A DNA stretch of 64,000 bases, taken from the sequence record ON529853.1, one strand, 5' to 3'. Positions 27,877-38,236 of this stretch are shown here, piece after piece. The translations under genes were made by a program, and so were the position numbers. Numbering within the stretch: the stretch's first letter is position 1; each line of letters opens with the position of its first letter. The notes under the pieces were generated by a model, which worked only from the letters and a program-made list of their open reading frames with translations, was not told the DNA's origin and did not search any database.

Positions 27877-29636
27877 TCAGGTCTCCTGGAGCAGACGGCG
27901 GGCGTAGGCGCGCGCGTCTTCGTTAGTCGCCGGCAAGCCGGCGTATTCTTCGGCCGTGATCGGCGCGATAGTGACGATGGAATCGGCGAGCCCCGCCATG
28001 GTCTTCGGGGTCCATTCACGGTAGAGCCCGTCGGGGCTGTTCGCGATGGGCTGGTAGCGCTCGCTCGGCCGGGCGTCGATCGAGGCGAAGCCGGCCTTGG
28101 TCACGCTGGTCACCTGGGCGCGGCGGACCAGCATGACCTTGCCGCGATTGCCGCCCCAGGCCCTGACCGAGGTCAGCTTGACGAAATCACCCTTCTTCAG
28201 CATGGGCACGTCCATCACAGAAGGCTCCCCGACTCGATCTCGTCATAGACGGCGCGGGTCAGCACGGTTTCAGGTTTGCCGTCCATCTTGGACTGGCTGT
28301 GTTTCTTGATCGTCGCCTTGATCCGGTAACGCTTGCCGGCCTGCGGGCGTTGCTCGCCGGTGGCGAAATGGACGCAGCGGCTGCCGTCGTCGCCCAGAAT
28401 CGCCACGACGGTCTTGGGTCCGAACTGGCTCGGGATCACCGTGCAGCGCTCGATCAGGCCGGTGAAGACGTAACGGCCGCCTTCGTCGCCCTTCAGATGC
28501 TTCGGCTCGGGACGGGCCTGGGCGACCGATGCGTCCTTCACGCGTTGCAGCGAACGCCCGACGAACATGGCGACGCCGGCCAGGATGATGTTGTAGCGCT
28601 TGTTGCGGGCGTATTCGCACGACAGGGCGATGCGCAGGTTCTCGCCGAAGTCGCCTGTGGCCTTCTCGACATAGTCGACGAGCGCCATCAGATCGAGCGG
28701 CTCCTTCAGCGGGTGGGCCTTGTGCCAGTCGCGCGCTTCCTTGAAGCGGCGATCGTAGCGTGGGTTCATGTCGATCGCGCCGCGCAGGGCGAGAACGTCG
28801 TCGCGCAGGGCGTCGCGGATGTCGCGCCCATAGCCGCCGTAGCGGACCGCCGCCTGATAGACGTCGCGGACCAGGCCTTCGACCCAGAAATGGGTGGCGT
28901 GGGCGCCGCCCCAGGCGTCGCTGTCGTCGCGGTCGCCCACGATGGACGAGCGCACGGCTTCGCGCGCCAGGATGTCGTTGGCCTCCAGGCCGAGGAAGTC
29001 GCGCGAGCATTGACGCCCGATCACCAGACGGCGGCCGTCGTCGGTCTCCACCAGGAAAGAGGCGCGGCGATCGCGTTTGTGTCCACAGTGGTCGCAGTCA
29101 CGCCAGCGCGGCAGATAGGGCTCCAGTTCAGCCGGGTCAGCGCCGTTGAGCGCGTGGCGATAGACCTGGACGTGGTCCTCGGCCATCTCGAAGGCGCCGA
29201 TCAGGCGCGCGTTCTCGCCGGCGACGGCGGGCGCCTCAATGGTGACCAGGACCTGGCGGATCATCAGGGGACGGCCCAGGCGGTCGCGCCGGAAGCGGTT
29301 TTCGGTAAAGACCTCTTCGGTCTTGATGATCTCGACGGTCTGGTGGAAGCGCTTCATGCGCTTGTCCAGCTTGGCGACGGCCTTGACCACGTCGGCTTCG
29401 GCGCCGTCGTCGCAGGTCAGGACAAACCGCTGGCGGCCGCCCGGCGCGCCTTCGACCAGGGAGACGCGGTGGTGTCGCTGGGGTTCCGGCGGGTTTTCGC
29501 GGCGTTCCGCCGCGATCCACGCCTCGACGTAGTCCGGATCGTCGAACGGGTCGGCGCCGGCGGATTCGAACGCGGCCGCGACGGTCTCGCCCTCGCGGTG
29601 ATCCAGTTCGGCTCTCCAGTCTTCGGCGTCGTACAT
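27877..29636 (-). CDS. Hypothetical proteins 27877..28218 and 28215..29636 (CDHC zinc site, C-terminal OB-like region)
   Basis: CDHCGHKRDRR...IGRQC motif. Start MYDAEDW after a class A promoter. Confidence 0.7.
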
Positions 29637-29663
29637 AGCGTCCTCCTCGTGTCTGGGGAGGCT

Positions 29664-29690
29664 TGTAAAGGAACTAAATGCGGAAGTCAA
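29664..29690 (-). promoter_or_regulatory. Class A phage promoter
   Basis: Minus strand TTGACTTCCGCATTTAGTTCCTTTACA. Confidence 0.78.
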
Positions 29691-29692
29691 CA

Positions 29693-30678
29693 CTAGCGGA
29701 GCACGCGATCCGCATAGAGGCATTTGGCGTTGAACAGAGCCGCCGGCGCACGAAGGGCCGAACCGCCGCGACTGTCGAAAACGAGCAGACCTGCGGACGG
29801 GTCTTCGCCGTCGGCGCTGTAAAAACCGTAGCCGCAGGCCACGAAGTCGACCCCGTCCACCGCCACCAGGAACAACCGTGCGAACTCGACTTGACGCCCT
29901 GTGGCCCGCGTCACCGCCCTCGACACCTGTTCGATCCGGGCTTCATTGGGCACGGTTGACAGCGGTCCCCAGGAGAGGCGCTGGCGCTCCGCGCCTTCAT
30001 TTCGATAGAGCGTGGTGATTCGAGGGTTGGTCATCGAGGCGCCCCAACCACCGACATCGGGAGGCAGGGCGAACCAGGACGTCTCCGGCCCGCGCCCGAC
30101 CTGGCGTAAGGTGATGCGCACCTTTTCGTCGAGGCGGCAGGCGCGAGCGAGGTCGTGATCCACGAAACCGCATCCCGCCTGTTGGTCTTGAATCCGACGG
30201 ATGACCGCAGCTTCTTCGCCGGGAAGCCATCCGCGCACCACGGGAGGAATGTCCTTCAGCCGCTCGATCATCAGATGGGCGGGTTCCAGCAGATAGGCGC
30301 GCACATCGGGATCGGCGCGGCAGGCCTCGGCCAGCGCCGCTTCGGCGTAGTCGCAGGTTTCAGGGTCGCCGGCGCGGGCGGTGTTCGGCGTCAGGCTGAA
30401 CAACACGCAGGCGGCGCCCCAGGCGGCGAAGACACGCATCTCTGTTCTCCTTACAGCCGAGTATGCTCGACGTCGCCGTTGGCGTGGAAGGTCCAGGCGT
30501 TCAGACCGCACCAGTCCGGATCGTCTTCTTCCCGCTTCTGGTGCTCCACGGTGATTTCGGGCGCACAGTTCACCGGCAGCTTGCGCTTGGCGTAAGCGAA
30601 GGCCAGCCCCTTGCGACGGAAGGGGTGATCGGTGTACCGCCCTTCCTCAGGGCAGACGGTGACGACGAAACGCTCCAT
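29693..30678 (-). CDS. Putative exported protein 29693..30439 and small hypothetical 30451..30678
   Basis: MRVFAAWGAACVLFSLTPNTARA-G signal-peptide-like N-terminus. Confidence 0.6.
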
Positions 30679-31238
30679 CAGGCCGGCACCAGCCCCCGGA
30701 AGGTCAGGGAGATGCGCGCGCCGACAGGCTCATCCTCCATCTTGGGAATGGCGTGGAGGTGCGATTGCTGCATGCCGGGACGCATGATCAGCAGCGACCC
30801 CGGCTCCAGCAGCATCCGCTCGGGATGGGCGCCCTTTTGATTGCGCTTGAAGGCGATGTCGCGCCCCGCGCCCAGGGTGATCACGGCGATCGGTCGGTTA
30901 TGGTCGATCAGCGCGTCGTCGTCGGCGTGCCATCCCAGGCTGTCGGACCCGTCGTGATAGAGGTTCAGGAAGCAGCCCTCCAGACGCACGCCGGCCTCGG
31001 CCTCGATCTGGTCGCGGCAGATGTCGATGAAGGGGTGGGAGGGCCGAGGCAGGTAGGTCCGCTCGCCGGCGCCGACGCCATAGGTGTAAGGGCGATCGAA
31101 GGTGTTGGTCCAGTATTCCGAACGCGGCGCCGTCTCCCGACGCTCCCATGCCAGGCCGTCGCGCAGCATGAGGAAGCCCGCTTCCTGCATGTCGGCGGCG
31201 ATGAAATCATCGAAATACACCACGGGGGCGTCGGACAT
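30678..31238 (-). CDS. alkB: AlkB-family 2OG-Fe(II) dioxygenase
   Basis: LNLYHDGSDSLGWHADD (HxD), LHAIPK (H), RISLTFR (R..R). Confidence 0.9.
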   Translation of the reverse strand: MSDAPVVYFDDFIAADMQEAGFLMLRDGLAWERRETAPRSEYWTNTFDRPYTYGVGAGERTYLPRPSHPFIDICRDQIEAEAGVRLEGCFLNLYHDGSDSLGWHADDDALIDHNRPIAVITLGAGRDIAFKRNQKGAHPERMLLEPGSLLIMRPGMQQSHLHAIPKMEDEPVGARISLTFRGLVPA

Positions 31239-31268
31239 GGGGACCTCCTTATGCAACTGAGGCGAGTG

Positions 31269-31297
31269 TCGTAGCGGAAGCGAGTGCTGTTTGTCAA
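31269..31297 (-). promoter_or_regulatory. Promoter TTGACA-N17-CTACGA, preceded by CGAGTG
   Basis: CGAGTGTTGACA context is shared with the promoters at 37379-37390 and 38163-38174. Confidence 0.65.
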
Positions 31298-31322
31298 CAC
31301 TCGCGCGCCAGAGGGAAACTAC

Positions 31323-33420
31323 TTAGTCGGGCGCGTCACTGTCTTTAACGACGTCAGACCGGGGAGGGTTCAACGCCAACAGGACGGTTTTACCGACGCT
31401 CAAGGGATCGACGCCGGCCGCCAGGGCGTCGTGCAGCCGTGAGCCCAGGGCGCGCTCGCCCAGACGTTGCATGGCGAAGTCGACATGGGCGTCGATCTCG
31501 CTCTTGGCGTTCTCGCTCATCTCGGTGATCGCTTCGTGGGCCTGCTCGGCCACATAGGGCATGTTGGCGGTGAAGTCGCGCTCGGCCTGGGCCAGTGTCG
31601 CCAGAACGTCGTTGAGATCGCCCTTGCGGACCGACCCGCCCGCCAGCAAGGCCTCCAGCGCCTTCCGGGCCTGGGTTAGCCCTTCGGCGGCCGAAGACGC
31701 CTTCTTGGAGATGGCCTCGCGGAAGGTTTCTTCGTCATGTTTGTGTCGCCCAGGATCGCGCGGCGTCAGATAGTCGCCGGTCTGGGGATCACGGTAGCGT
31801 CGCAGGGTGCAGGGCACGCCGCCCGTGTTGAACGACGACAGCAGGCGCGCCCACTGGACTTCGCTCATTTCAACGCGAGCGACCGAACGGTTCTCGTGGA
31901 CGCGATCTCCAGCGTCGCGTTTGACCAGTTGGGCCGTGCTGATTTCCAGGATGATGGCGTGCCCCTGGGGGTAGTCGACCATGAACAGGTCTGACTCGCC
32001 TGACACTCGCGCCACGGTCACCATGCCGAACGACGGATGCTCGACCTCATGGCCGTGCAGGTCCCGGTCGCGCACGTCGACCGCGATGATCCGGGCGGGG
32101 TCGTCGATTTCATCCCAACGCGACAGCAGGCTGCCGCTGTTGTTGCGGGCGACGAACACCACGCGCGGCTCGGAGAGCATGACCGCGTTGAGTTTGTCAT
32201 TCCCCGAGATGCCGCCGTAATGCTGGAAGTCGTGCGGCTTGATCCCCATCAGGGCGCAGGCCTCCTTCTGGGTCGGGGCCGCGACGTAGCAGTGCGCCTG
32301 GTTGTGGTGCGGCGACACCGCCTTCAGGCGCGGATCGGTCTTCATGTACCAGTAGACGTGCAGGCGTTCAGTCATGGGTCCTCCGGGGAGCGTCGTCAGG
32401 ATTTTCTGTAAAGGAATGATTTGCCGAGGTCAAGCGCCCAGCTTGACCCAGGCGGCGTCGCGACGTTCGTGGGTCTGGACCCAGCCGTCGTAACGGGGCT
32501 GGTGGTAGGCGATTTCGCCCGCCAGGGTTTCGATTTCGTGGCGAATGTTGCGCAGCTTGGCGGCTTTGAGGCGGTCGTAGGTCACCTCGGGATGCTGGGC
32601 GCGGCGGATCGCCTTAGTCGCCTCGAAGACAGCCTCGAAGGTCCCTCGGGTCACCATATGCCGGGCGGTCTGGGCCTTGGACCAGGCGTTGGGCCGCGTC
32701 GTCTCATCCGCGAAGGTCCAAGTCAGCGCATGGGTTTCGGCTTCGGTGTCGATCAGCGCCTTTTCGGCGACGACCTTGCTCGTCCGCAGCATCTTCAGCA
32801 TGGCGCCGAGACGTTCGCGCGAGACTTCCCACGGCAGCGACTTCGCCCCGTAGCAGGAGGCCGTCTGCCAGCCTGAGCCCGGCCGCTGATAGCCGTGGTG
32901 GGCGATCTCACCCGTCTCCGCCAGAATACCGCGCTGGCAGCATTGGCAGGTCATCGCCTTGGCGTCGCGTTCTTCACGGGCGATCGAGGTTTTCGAGGGG
33001 CGCGGCGCCCGCTTGCCGATCAGGGGTTTGAGGCCGTCGAGCGCCTGAGCCAGGGGCAGCATTTCCTCCAGCAAGGCGACCATGGCGTCGCGCATGGCGC
33101 TTTCGCCTTTGAAGGCCTTCGCCTTCTTCAGATAACCCGCCACCAGATGCGGATAGGGATGGCCCAGGCTCCAGGCCAGGTCCTGCTCCTTCTCGGAGAG
33201 GGACGACATCGCCCCGTTCCAGCGGAAACCGTCGCCGATCACCTTTTTCCAGGCGGCGTCGATGGCGTTGGAGACGTGGTATTTGACGTCGGCGAATTCC
33301 GCCTTGATCAGGACGCCTTCCGCCTGGAAGCCGGCGATCTTGCCCAGAGCGCCTTCGAGGTTTTGGGCGTAGCGGTCCGAGATATTAGCGAACATCGTGG
33401 GGAAATCGGTCGGCGTCATG
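31323..33420 (-). CDS. Hypothetical proteins 31323..32375 and 32430..33420 (latter with CQCC...HGY...C metal motif)
   Basis: ORF track. Each sits behind a class A promoter. Confidence 0.7.
32407..32433 (-). promoter_or_regulatory. Class A phage promoter
   Basis: Minus strand TTGACCTCGGCAAATCATTCCTTTACA. Confidence 0.78.
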
Positions 33421-33451
33421 CGGGGTCTCCGTCCTGAAAGGGTGAGGAGGC

Positions 33452-33478
33452 TGTAAAGGAACGATTTGAGGATGTCAA
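33452..33478 (-). promoter_or_regulatory. Class A phage promoter
   Basis: Minus strand TTGACATCCTCAAATCGTTCCTTTACA. Confidence 0.8.
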
Positions 33479-33505
33479 CACCGCGCAGCCTGAGTGCCGT
33501 AATTA

Positions 33506-33534
33506 TTGACACTGGACGTGGTTAACGCTATAAG
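33506..33534 (+). promoter_or_regulatory. Near-consensus sigma70 promoter TTGACA-N17-TATAAG with a GGTTAAC (CtrA half-site-like) in the spacer
   Basis: Directly upstream of the cadherin-repeat gene and back-to-back with a class A promoter. Confidence 0.75.
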
Positions 33535-33594
33535 GGATGCCTCAAAATGCCGCGTTTTTGTCGTGGCTGACAGCCCTCCCACCGGTACATAAAC

Positions 33595-36500
33595 ATGGCT
33601 CCTGTCCGCACGAAGCGCATCGCGCTCGTCTCTACGCGCATCCCCAACTACCCTCACCGCAAGAAGGACGGCGGCGGCTCTGGCGGCGGAATGTCCGGCC
33701 CCCAGGTCCATGACGTCGTCTTCGACGGCCCCGCCTCCATTACCGAGGGCGCCGCGCCCGGCACCGTGGTCGTCGGCGTGTCCACCCTGCCGCCGGAAGC
33801 GGAACTGACCCTGGTCAATGACGCCGGCGGGCGCTTCGCCCTCGATGGGAACGTCCTGGTCGCCGGCGCGACCCCGACTGATTATGAGGCCGCCACCCAG
33901 CACACCGTGGTCATCCGAGGCGCCCTGGGCGCCAGCACCCTGGACAAGCCCCTGGTGGTGTCGGTGGTGGACCTGGAGGAACTGATCGACTTCGATCTGA
34001 CCGGCCTGACGGTGCGCGAAGACGCCGCCCAGGGCGTGGTCGTCGGCGCCCTGTCCTCGAACCCGACCGGTGCGGCCTTCACCCTGACCGGCGACGCCGG
34101 CGGACGCTTCGCCTTGTCGGGCGCGAATATCGTGCGCGGCGCGACGGCGCTCGATTATGAAGCCGCCACCAGCCACGACATCACCATCAGCGCCGCCCTG
34201 GGCGGCGAGATCATCAACAAGACCTACACCATCCAGGTCACCGACCTCGACGAACTGACCAGCTTCACTCTGTCGGCCAGCACCATTGCGGAAAACTCGC
34301 CGGCCGGCACCGCTGTGGGCACGCTGTCGTCGGTCCCCGCCGGGGCCTCGTTCACCCTGGTTAACACCGCCGGAAACCGCTTCGCGTTGACGGGCGGGAC
34401 CCAGATTGTCGCGGGCGCGGTCGCCACCGACTATGAGGCCGCCACCAGCCACCAGGTCACGGTCCGCGCGACCCGCCTGGGCGAAACGATCGAGCAGCCC
34501 TTCACGATCACCGTCTCCAACGTCAATGAACTGACCAACATCACCCTGAGCGGGACGACGGTGGTGGAGAACACGGGGCCGGGCGTCACCGTCGGAACCC
34601 TGGCCTCGGTCCCCGCCGGCGCGTCTTTCGCGCTGACGAACACCGCCGGCAACCGCTTCGCCGTCTCGGGCGCCAACCTGGTGACGGGTGCGGTGAGCAC
34701 CAACTACGAAGCCGCAACCAGCCATAGCGTGACGGTCGAGGCGACGCGTGGCGCCGACGTCATCACCCGCACCTTCACCATCGACGTGACGGACGTCGTC
34801 GAGCCGCTGTCCATCGACCTCGCGCCCGCAACCATCGCCGAAAACTCGCCTCAGGGCACCCTGGTCGGCACTCTGACGTCGGAGCCCGCCGGCGCGACCT
34901 ATACGCTGTCGGACGCGGCGGGCAGTCGTTTCGCCCTGGCGGGCGACACCATCGTCGTCGGGACGGTCCTGACGGACTTCGAGACGGCCGCGAGCCATGC
35001 GATCACGGTGGATGCGGAACTGGACGGCGTGCAGACGTCGCGCACCTTCACCATCACCGTGGCGAATGTCGCCGAACTCACCGACATCACCCTGTCCAAC
35101 ACCACTGTGGCGGAAAACATCGCCAGCGGCGCCGTCGTGGGCGCCCTGACCTCGACGCCGGGCGGCGCGACCTGGACTCTCGTGGACGGCGCCAGCGGCC
35201 GCTTCTCCATCACGGGCAACAACGTCGTGCGCGGCGCGACCGCGCTCGACTATGAGGCGGCGACCTCGCACGCCATCACCGTACGTGGCACGCGCGGCGG
35301 GGAGACGCTGGAGAAGACCTTCACCATCACGGTCACCAATGTCGTTGAAATCAGCGACATCACGCTGTCGGCGAACACGACCCCGGAAAACTCCGTCGCC
35401 CCCGCCGTGGTGGGCGCGCTGTCGTCGACGCCGGCCGGCGCCAGCTTCGTGATGACGAACAACGCCGCCAACCGCTTCGCCCTGTCGGGGAACAACGTCG
35501 TGCGCGGCGCCACGGCGCTCGATTACGAGAACGCCACCTCGCACGACATCACCATCCGGGGGACCCGCCAAGGCGAGACCTTCGACAAGACGTTCACCAT
35601 CAACGTCACCAACGTCAACGAGATCACCGACATCACGCTGTCGCCGGCGACGGCGTCGGAAAGCATCGCCCAAGGCGCGGTCATCGGCGCCCTGGCGTCG
35701 GTCCCCGCCGGAGCGTCCTTCACCCTGACGGATACGGTCGGCGGCCGCTTCGCCATTTCGGGCTCCAACCTGGTGCGCGGAACGACGGCGCTCGACTATG
35801 AGGCCGCCACCTCGCACTCCGTCCAGGTCCAGGCGACCCTGGGTCCGGACACCTTCAACAAGACGCTGACGGTCACGGTGACCAATGTCGCCGAACTGAC
35901 GGCGATCAACCTGTCGGCGAGCACGATCGCCGAGAACTCCGTGGCGGGCACCGTCGTGGGCGGCCTGACGTCGACCCCGGCGGGCGCGACCTTCACGATG
36001 ACCGGCAACGCCGGCAATCGCTTCGCCCTGTCTGGCAACAACGTCGTCGCCGGATCGGTCTCGACCGATTACGAAGCCGCGACCAGTCACGAGGTGACGA
36101 TCCAGGGCGCGCGCGGCGGCGAAACCCTCAACCAGACCTTCACGATCAACGTGACCGACGTGGTGGAGACCGTGCCGCAGCCGGAAGTAAGCCGACCGGC
36201 CCAGACTGACATCATGATCACGCAGGAATACGCCTACTCGGGCTCGCCGGACGGCGACCTCGTCGGCGTCCTGCTGGCGATTCCGAAGACCAAGGCGGAA
36301 TATTCCGCCTATGTGTCGGGCGTGACCTATACCCTGCTCGACGACGCGGGCGGCCGCTTCAAGCTGGCGTCGGGGTCGTCCTATTCCCGCCAACTGCTGG
36401 CGGGTCCGACGGCGACCAACGACGCTGTCGCCGCTGAGCACACCATCACCGTGCGCGCTGAGTGGGGCGGCGGGGCCTATACGCGCGATCAGACCATCGT

Positions 36501-36801
36501 CATGACGGTCCGTCCCGCCGGTTCGATGCGCGGCGGCACCAATCAGGTGCTTGCGGCGGGCACCGCCAACCCCACGGCCACGGCGAACGGGTCGTCGGGT
36601 ACGGCGCCCTATACCCACGAGTGGACGATGGAAGCCTCCGAAAACTACGCGATCCAGGCCGGGGCCTCCACCGCCGTCGTCACGTTGGGCTATACCGGGA
36701 CGACCCCCGGCTTCGGTTGGGGCGTCACGCGGGCGGTCACCTACGACAGCGCCGGAAAGCACGCCTGGTCGCGCTTCCTGGTCATCTACTCGCCCAGCTA
36801 A
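33595..36801 (+). CDS. Cadherin-repeat protein (1068 aa; putative adhesin or virion appendage)
   Basis: Nine ~91-aa repeats carrying D(N)AGxRF and (T/L)DYEAATSHxITV...TxTIxVxxVxE, one degenerate tenth repeat, and a distinct C-terminal beta-rich domain. Confidence 0.88.
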   Translation: MAPVRTKRIALVSTRIPNYPHRKKDGGGSGGGMSGPQVHDVVFDGPASITEGAAPGTVVVGVSTLPPEAELTLVNDAGGRFALDGNVLVAGATPTDYEAATQHTVVIRGALGASTLDKPLVVSVVDLEELIDFDLTGLTVREDAAQGVVVGALSSNPTGAAFTLTGDAGGRFALSGANIVRGATALDYEAATSHDITISAALGGEIINKTYTIQVTDLDELTSFTLSASTIAENSPAGTAVGTLSSVPAGASFTLVNTAGNRFALTGGTQIVAGAVATDYEAATSHQVTVRATRLGETIEQPFTITVSNVNELTNITLSGTTVVENTGPGVTVGTLASVPAGASFALTNTAGNRFAVSGANLVTGAVSTNYEAATSHSVTVEATRGADVITRTFTIDVTDVVEPLSIDLAPATIAENSPQGTLVGTLTSEPAGATYTLSDAAGSRFALAGDTIVVGTVLTDFETAASHAITVDAELDGVQTSRTFTITVANVAELTDITLSNTTVAENIASGAVVGALTSTPGGATWTLVDGASGRFSITGNNVVRGATALDYEAATSHAITVRGTRGGETLEKTFTITVTNVVEISDITLSANTTPENSVAPAVVGALSSTPAGASFVMTNNAANRFALSGNNVVRGATALDYENATSHDITIRGTRQGETFDKTFTINVTNVNEITDITLSPATASESIAQGAVIGALASVPAGASFTLTDTVGGRFAISGSNLVRGTTALDYEAATSHSVQVQATLGPDTFNKTLTVTVTNVAELTAINLSASTIAENSVAGTVVGGLTSTPAGATFTMTGNAGNRFALSGNNVVAGSVSTDYEAATSHEVTIQGARGGETLNQTFTINVTDVVETVPQPEVSRPAQTDIMITQEYAYSGSPDGDLVGVLLAIPKTKAEYSAYVSGVTYTLLDDAGGRFKLASGSSYSRQLLAGPTATNDAVAAEHTITVRAEWGGGAYTRDQTIVMTVRPAGSMRGGTNQVLAAGTANPTATANGSSGTAPYTHEWTMEASENYAIQAGASTAVVTLGYTGTTPGFGWGVTRAVTYDSAGKHAWSRFLVIYSPS
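33700..36170 (+). repeat. Tandem ~273-bp coding repeats (cadherin-like domains)
   Basis: DYE-motif codons near 33877, 34153, 34429, 34702, 34975, 35248, 35521, 35794 and 36067. Confidence 0.85.
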
Positions 36802-36805
36802 CCAC

Positions 36806-36834
36806 AAAGGCCCGGAGCAATCCGGGCCTTTTTT
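36806..36834 (+). terminator. Intrinsic terminator, probably bidirectional
   Basis: AAAGGCCCGGA-GCAA-TCCGGGCCTTTTTT between convergent genes. Confidence 0.9.
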
Positions 36835-37325
36835 CTATCCGGCGTCGAACTCGGCCGCTTCGATCTTGTCGCGGATCGGGCGGATGGTCGCGGCGTGCTG
36901 CTTATACCAGGCGTCGATTTCAGCCTGGGTCAGAAGATCGCCGTCGGTCACGGCCAGTCGGCGGCGTTTGTCCATGGCGTCGATCATCAGCGCCAGCTTA
37001 CGCTCTTCGAACGTGAAGTCCGGCGGGATGATCATCCGAAATGATGGGCGGGCATGGGCGGGGCTTCGCGTCCCTCAGGATAGCGCTCGTAAAAGACCTC
37101 TTCGGTCTTGACGCCCGTCGAGCGATCATAGGCGTAGACGCGATTGACCAGGACTCGGTCCGAGGCGTCCAGGCCGTATTTCTTGCGTACGAAATCCGAC
37201 GCTTCCAGCCAGTTGCGGGCGAAGGTCGCGGTATGGCGCGGACCGACCGGGTGGTGATCCACCGGCTCCAGGACCTGATAGTCCACCTGGAACAGGGTGT
37301 CGTCGTCGTGGGGATGGGTGCGCAT
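36835..37325 (-). CDS. Two small hypothetical proteins (36835..37035, 37032..37325)
   Basis: Coupled ORFs with a GGAGGAC RBS. Confidence 0.65.
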
Positions 37326-37355
37326 GCGTCCTCCAGGCGATTGTCGTCAGCGTTC

Positions 37356-37384
37356 CCTCTAGGCGGGTCCATGCTGTCTGTCAA
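37356..37384 (-). promoter_or_regulatory. Leftward promoter TTGACA-N17-TAGAGG at the strand switch
   Basis: Followed by GACGAC and GGAGGAC. Confidence 0.7.
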
Positions 37385-37409
37385 CACTCGCGTGATTCTC
37401 TTTTGTCGC

Positions 37410-37453
37410 TTGCAACAACACTCCCCTACCTTTAGTGTCAGTATCTCTGACAC
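37410..37453 (+). promoter_or_regulatory. Rightward promoter TTGCAA-N17-TAGTGT overlapped by the palindrome GTGTCAG-N5-CTGACAC (37435-37453)
   Basis: Perfect 7-bp inverted repeat covering the -10 and +1 positions. Confidence 0.65.
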
Positions 37454-37466
37454 GCGGAGTAAATGA

Positions 37467-38139
37467 GTGAGTGAGAAGTCGAGGCTGACCGTGAGCGGCC
37501 GCTGGGCGCGACCCGAGCCCGTCATCCAGAATCTGCCCGGCTCTTTCGCCGACGCCTTGAGTTGGGCCTTCGAGCGCAACGACTTCTCCGAAGTCTGGCG
37601 CCGCTTGGCGACGGGCGACCTTGAGCCCCGGACTCCGCCCCATGACTGACGGGGAAACGCCACTGCAACACCGTCAACCGCGTCGCGGCGACAAGGTGGT
37701 GCCGGCCGCCCACGGCGGGGTCACGGTCGAAGGCGTCGTCGTCTCCTATACGAGCGGCCGCCTGACCTTGCAAAGCCCAAGGGATGGTCGACTGACCCTG
37801 CCCATGCTGCGCTTCACCTGGAAGCCCAAAGCGCGACACTGGGTCTGCTGGCCCTCCGACCTCTCGCGCCACATGCGCGCGGTGGTTCAGGCCGAAGACG
37901 CCCATGCGAGAGCGCGTTACGGCCTGGAGCCGCGCGTCGGCGACTTCTGCTTGATCTCGGGCCGCACCGGATGGATCAGCCGCTGCTACGCCAAGCCGGT
38001 CCAGGCCGACGCGGGGGTCGGGGCCATCTTCCACACCCTCGCGGGCTACGAGGTCACGACCGCCGCTGGGCCGGTGCGCATCGAGTGCGGACAGATCGCC
38101 TTCGACGCTGAAAAACGGCTCTGGATCGCCGACGCCTGA
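37467..38139 (+). CDS. Hypothetical proteins 37467..37649 and 37642..38139
   Basis: First genes of the plus-strand block. Confidence 0.6.
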
Positions 38140-38168
38140 AAAAACCACAGTCGCCTGGCTTTCGAGTG

Positions 38169-38197
38169 TTGACAGACAGCAAACACCCCTGCTACCA
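38169..38197 (+). promoter_or_regulatory. Promoter of the Ter operon, TTGACA-N17-CTACCA
   Basis: CGAGTGTTGACAGACAGC context. GACGAC and GGAGGACCCC downstream. Confidence 0.72.
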
Positions 38198-38236
38198 CCG
38201 CCATCGACGACACAGACCCCTACGGAGGACCCCTGA

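Noticed and set aside
6916-33478. Repeated TGTAAAGGAA elements or cadherin repeats as a CRISPR array or integron attC sites
   Set aside because: Spacing is 0.6-8 kb or in-frame coding, there are no uniform spacers, no cas gene or integrase, and no attC-like palindromes. The promoter geometry explains the repeats.
33475-36807. 1110-aa minus-strand ORF, and similar long antisense ORFs (16094..18289, 43754..45355, 53428..54798, 56502..57944, 40534..42468)
   Set aside because: Shadow frames of real genes in high-GC DNA. They have no RBS or motifs, and the opposite strand encodes recognisable proteins.
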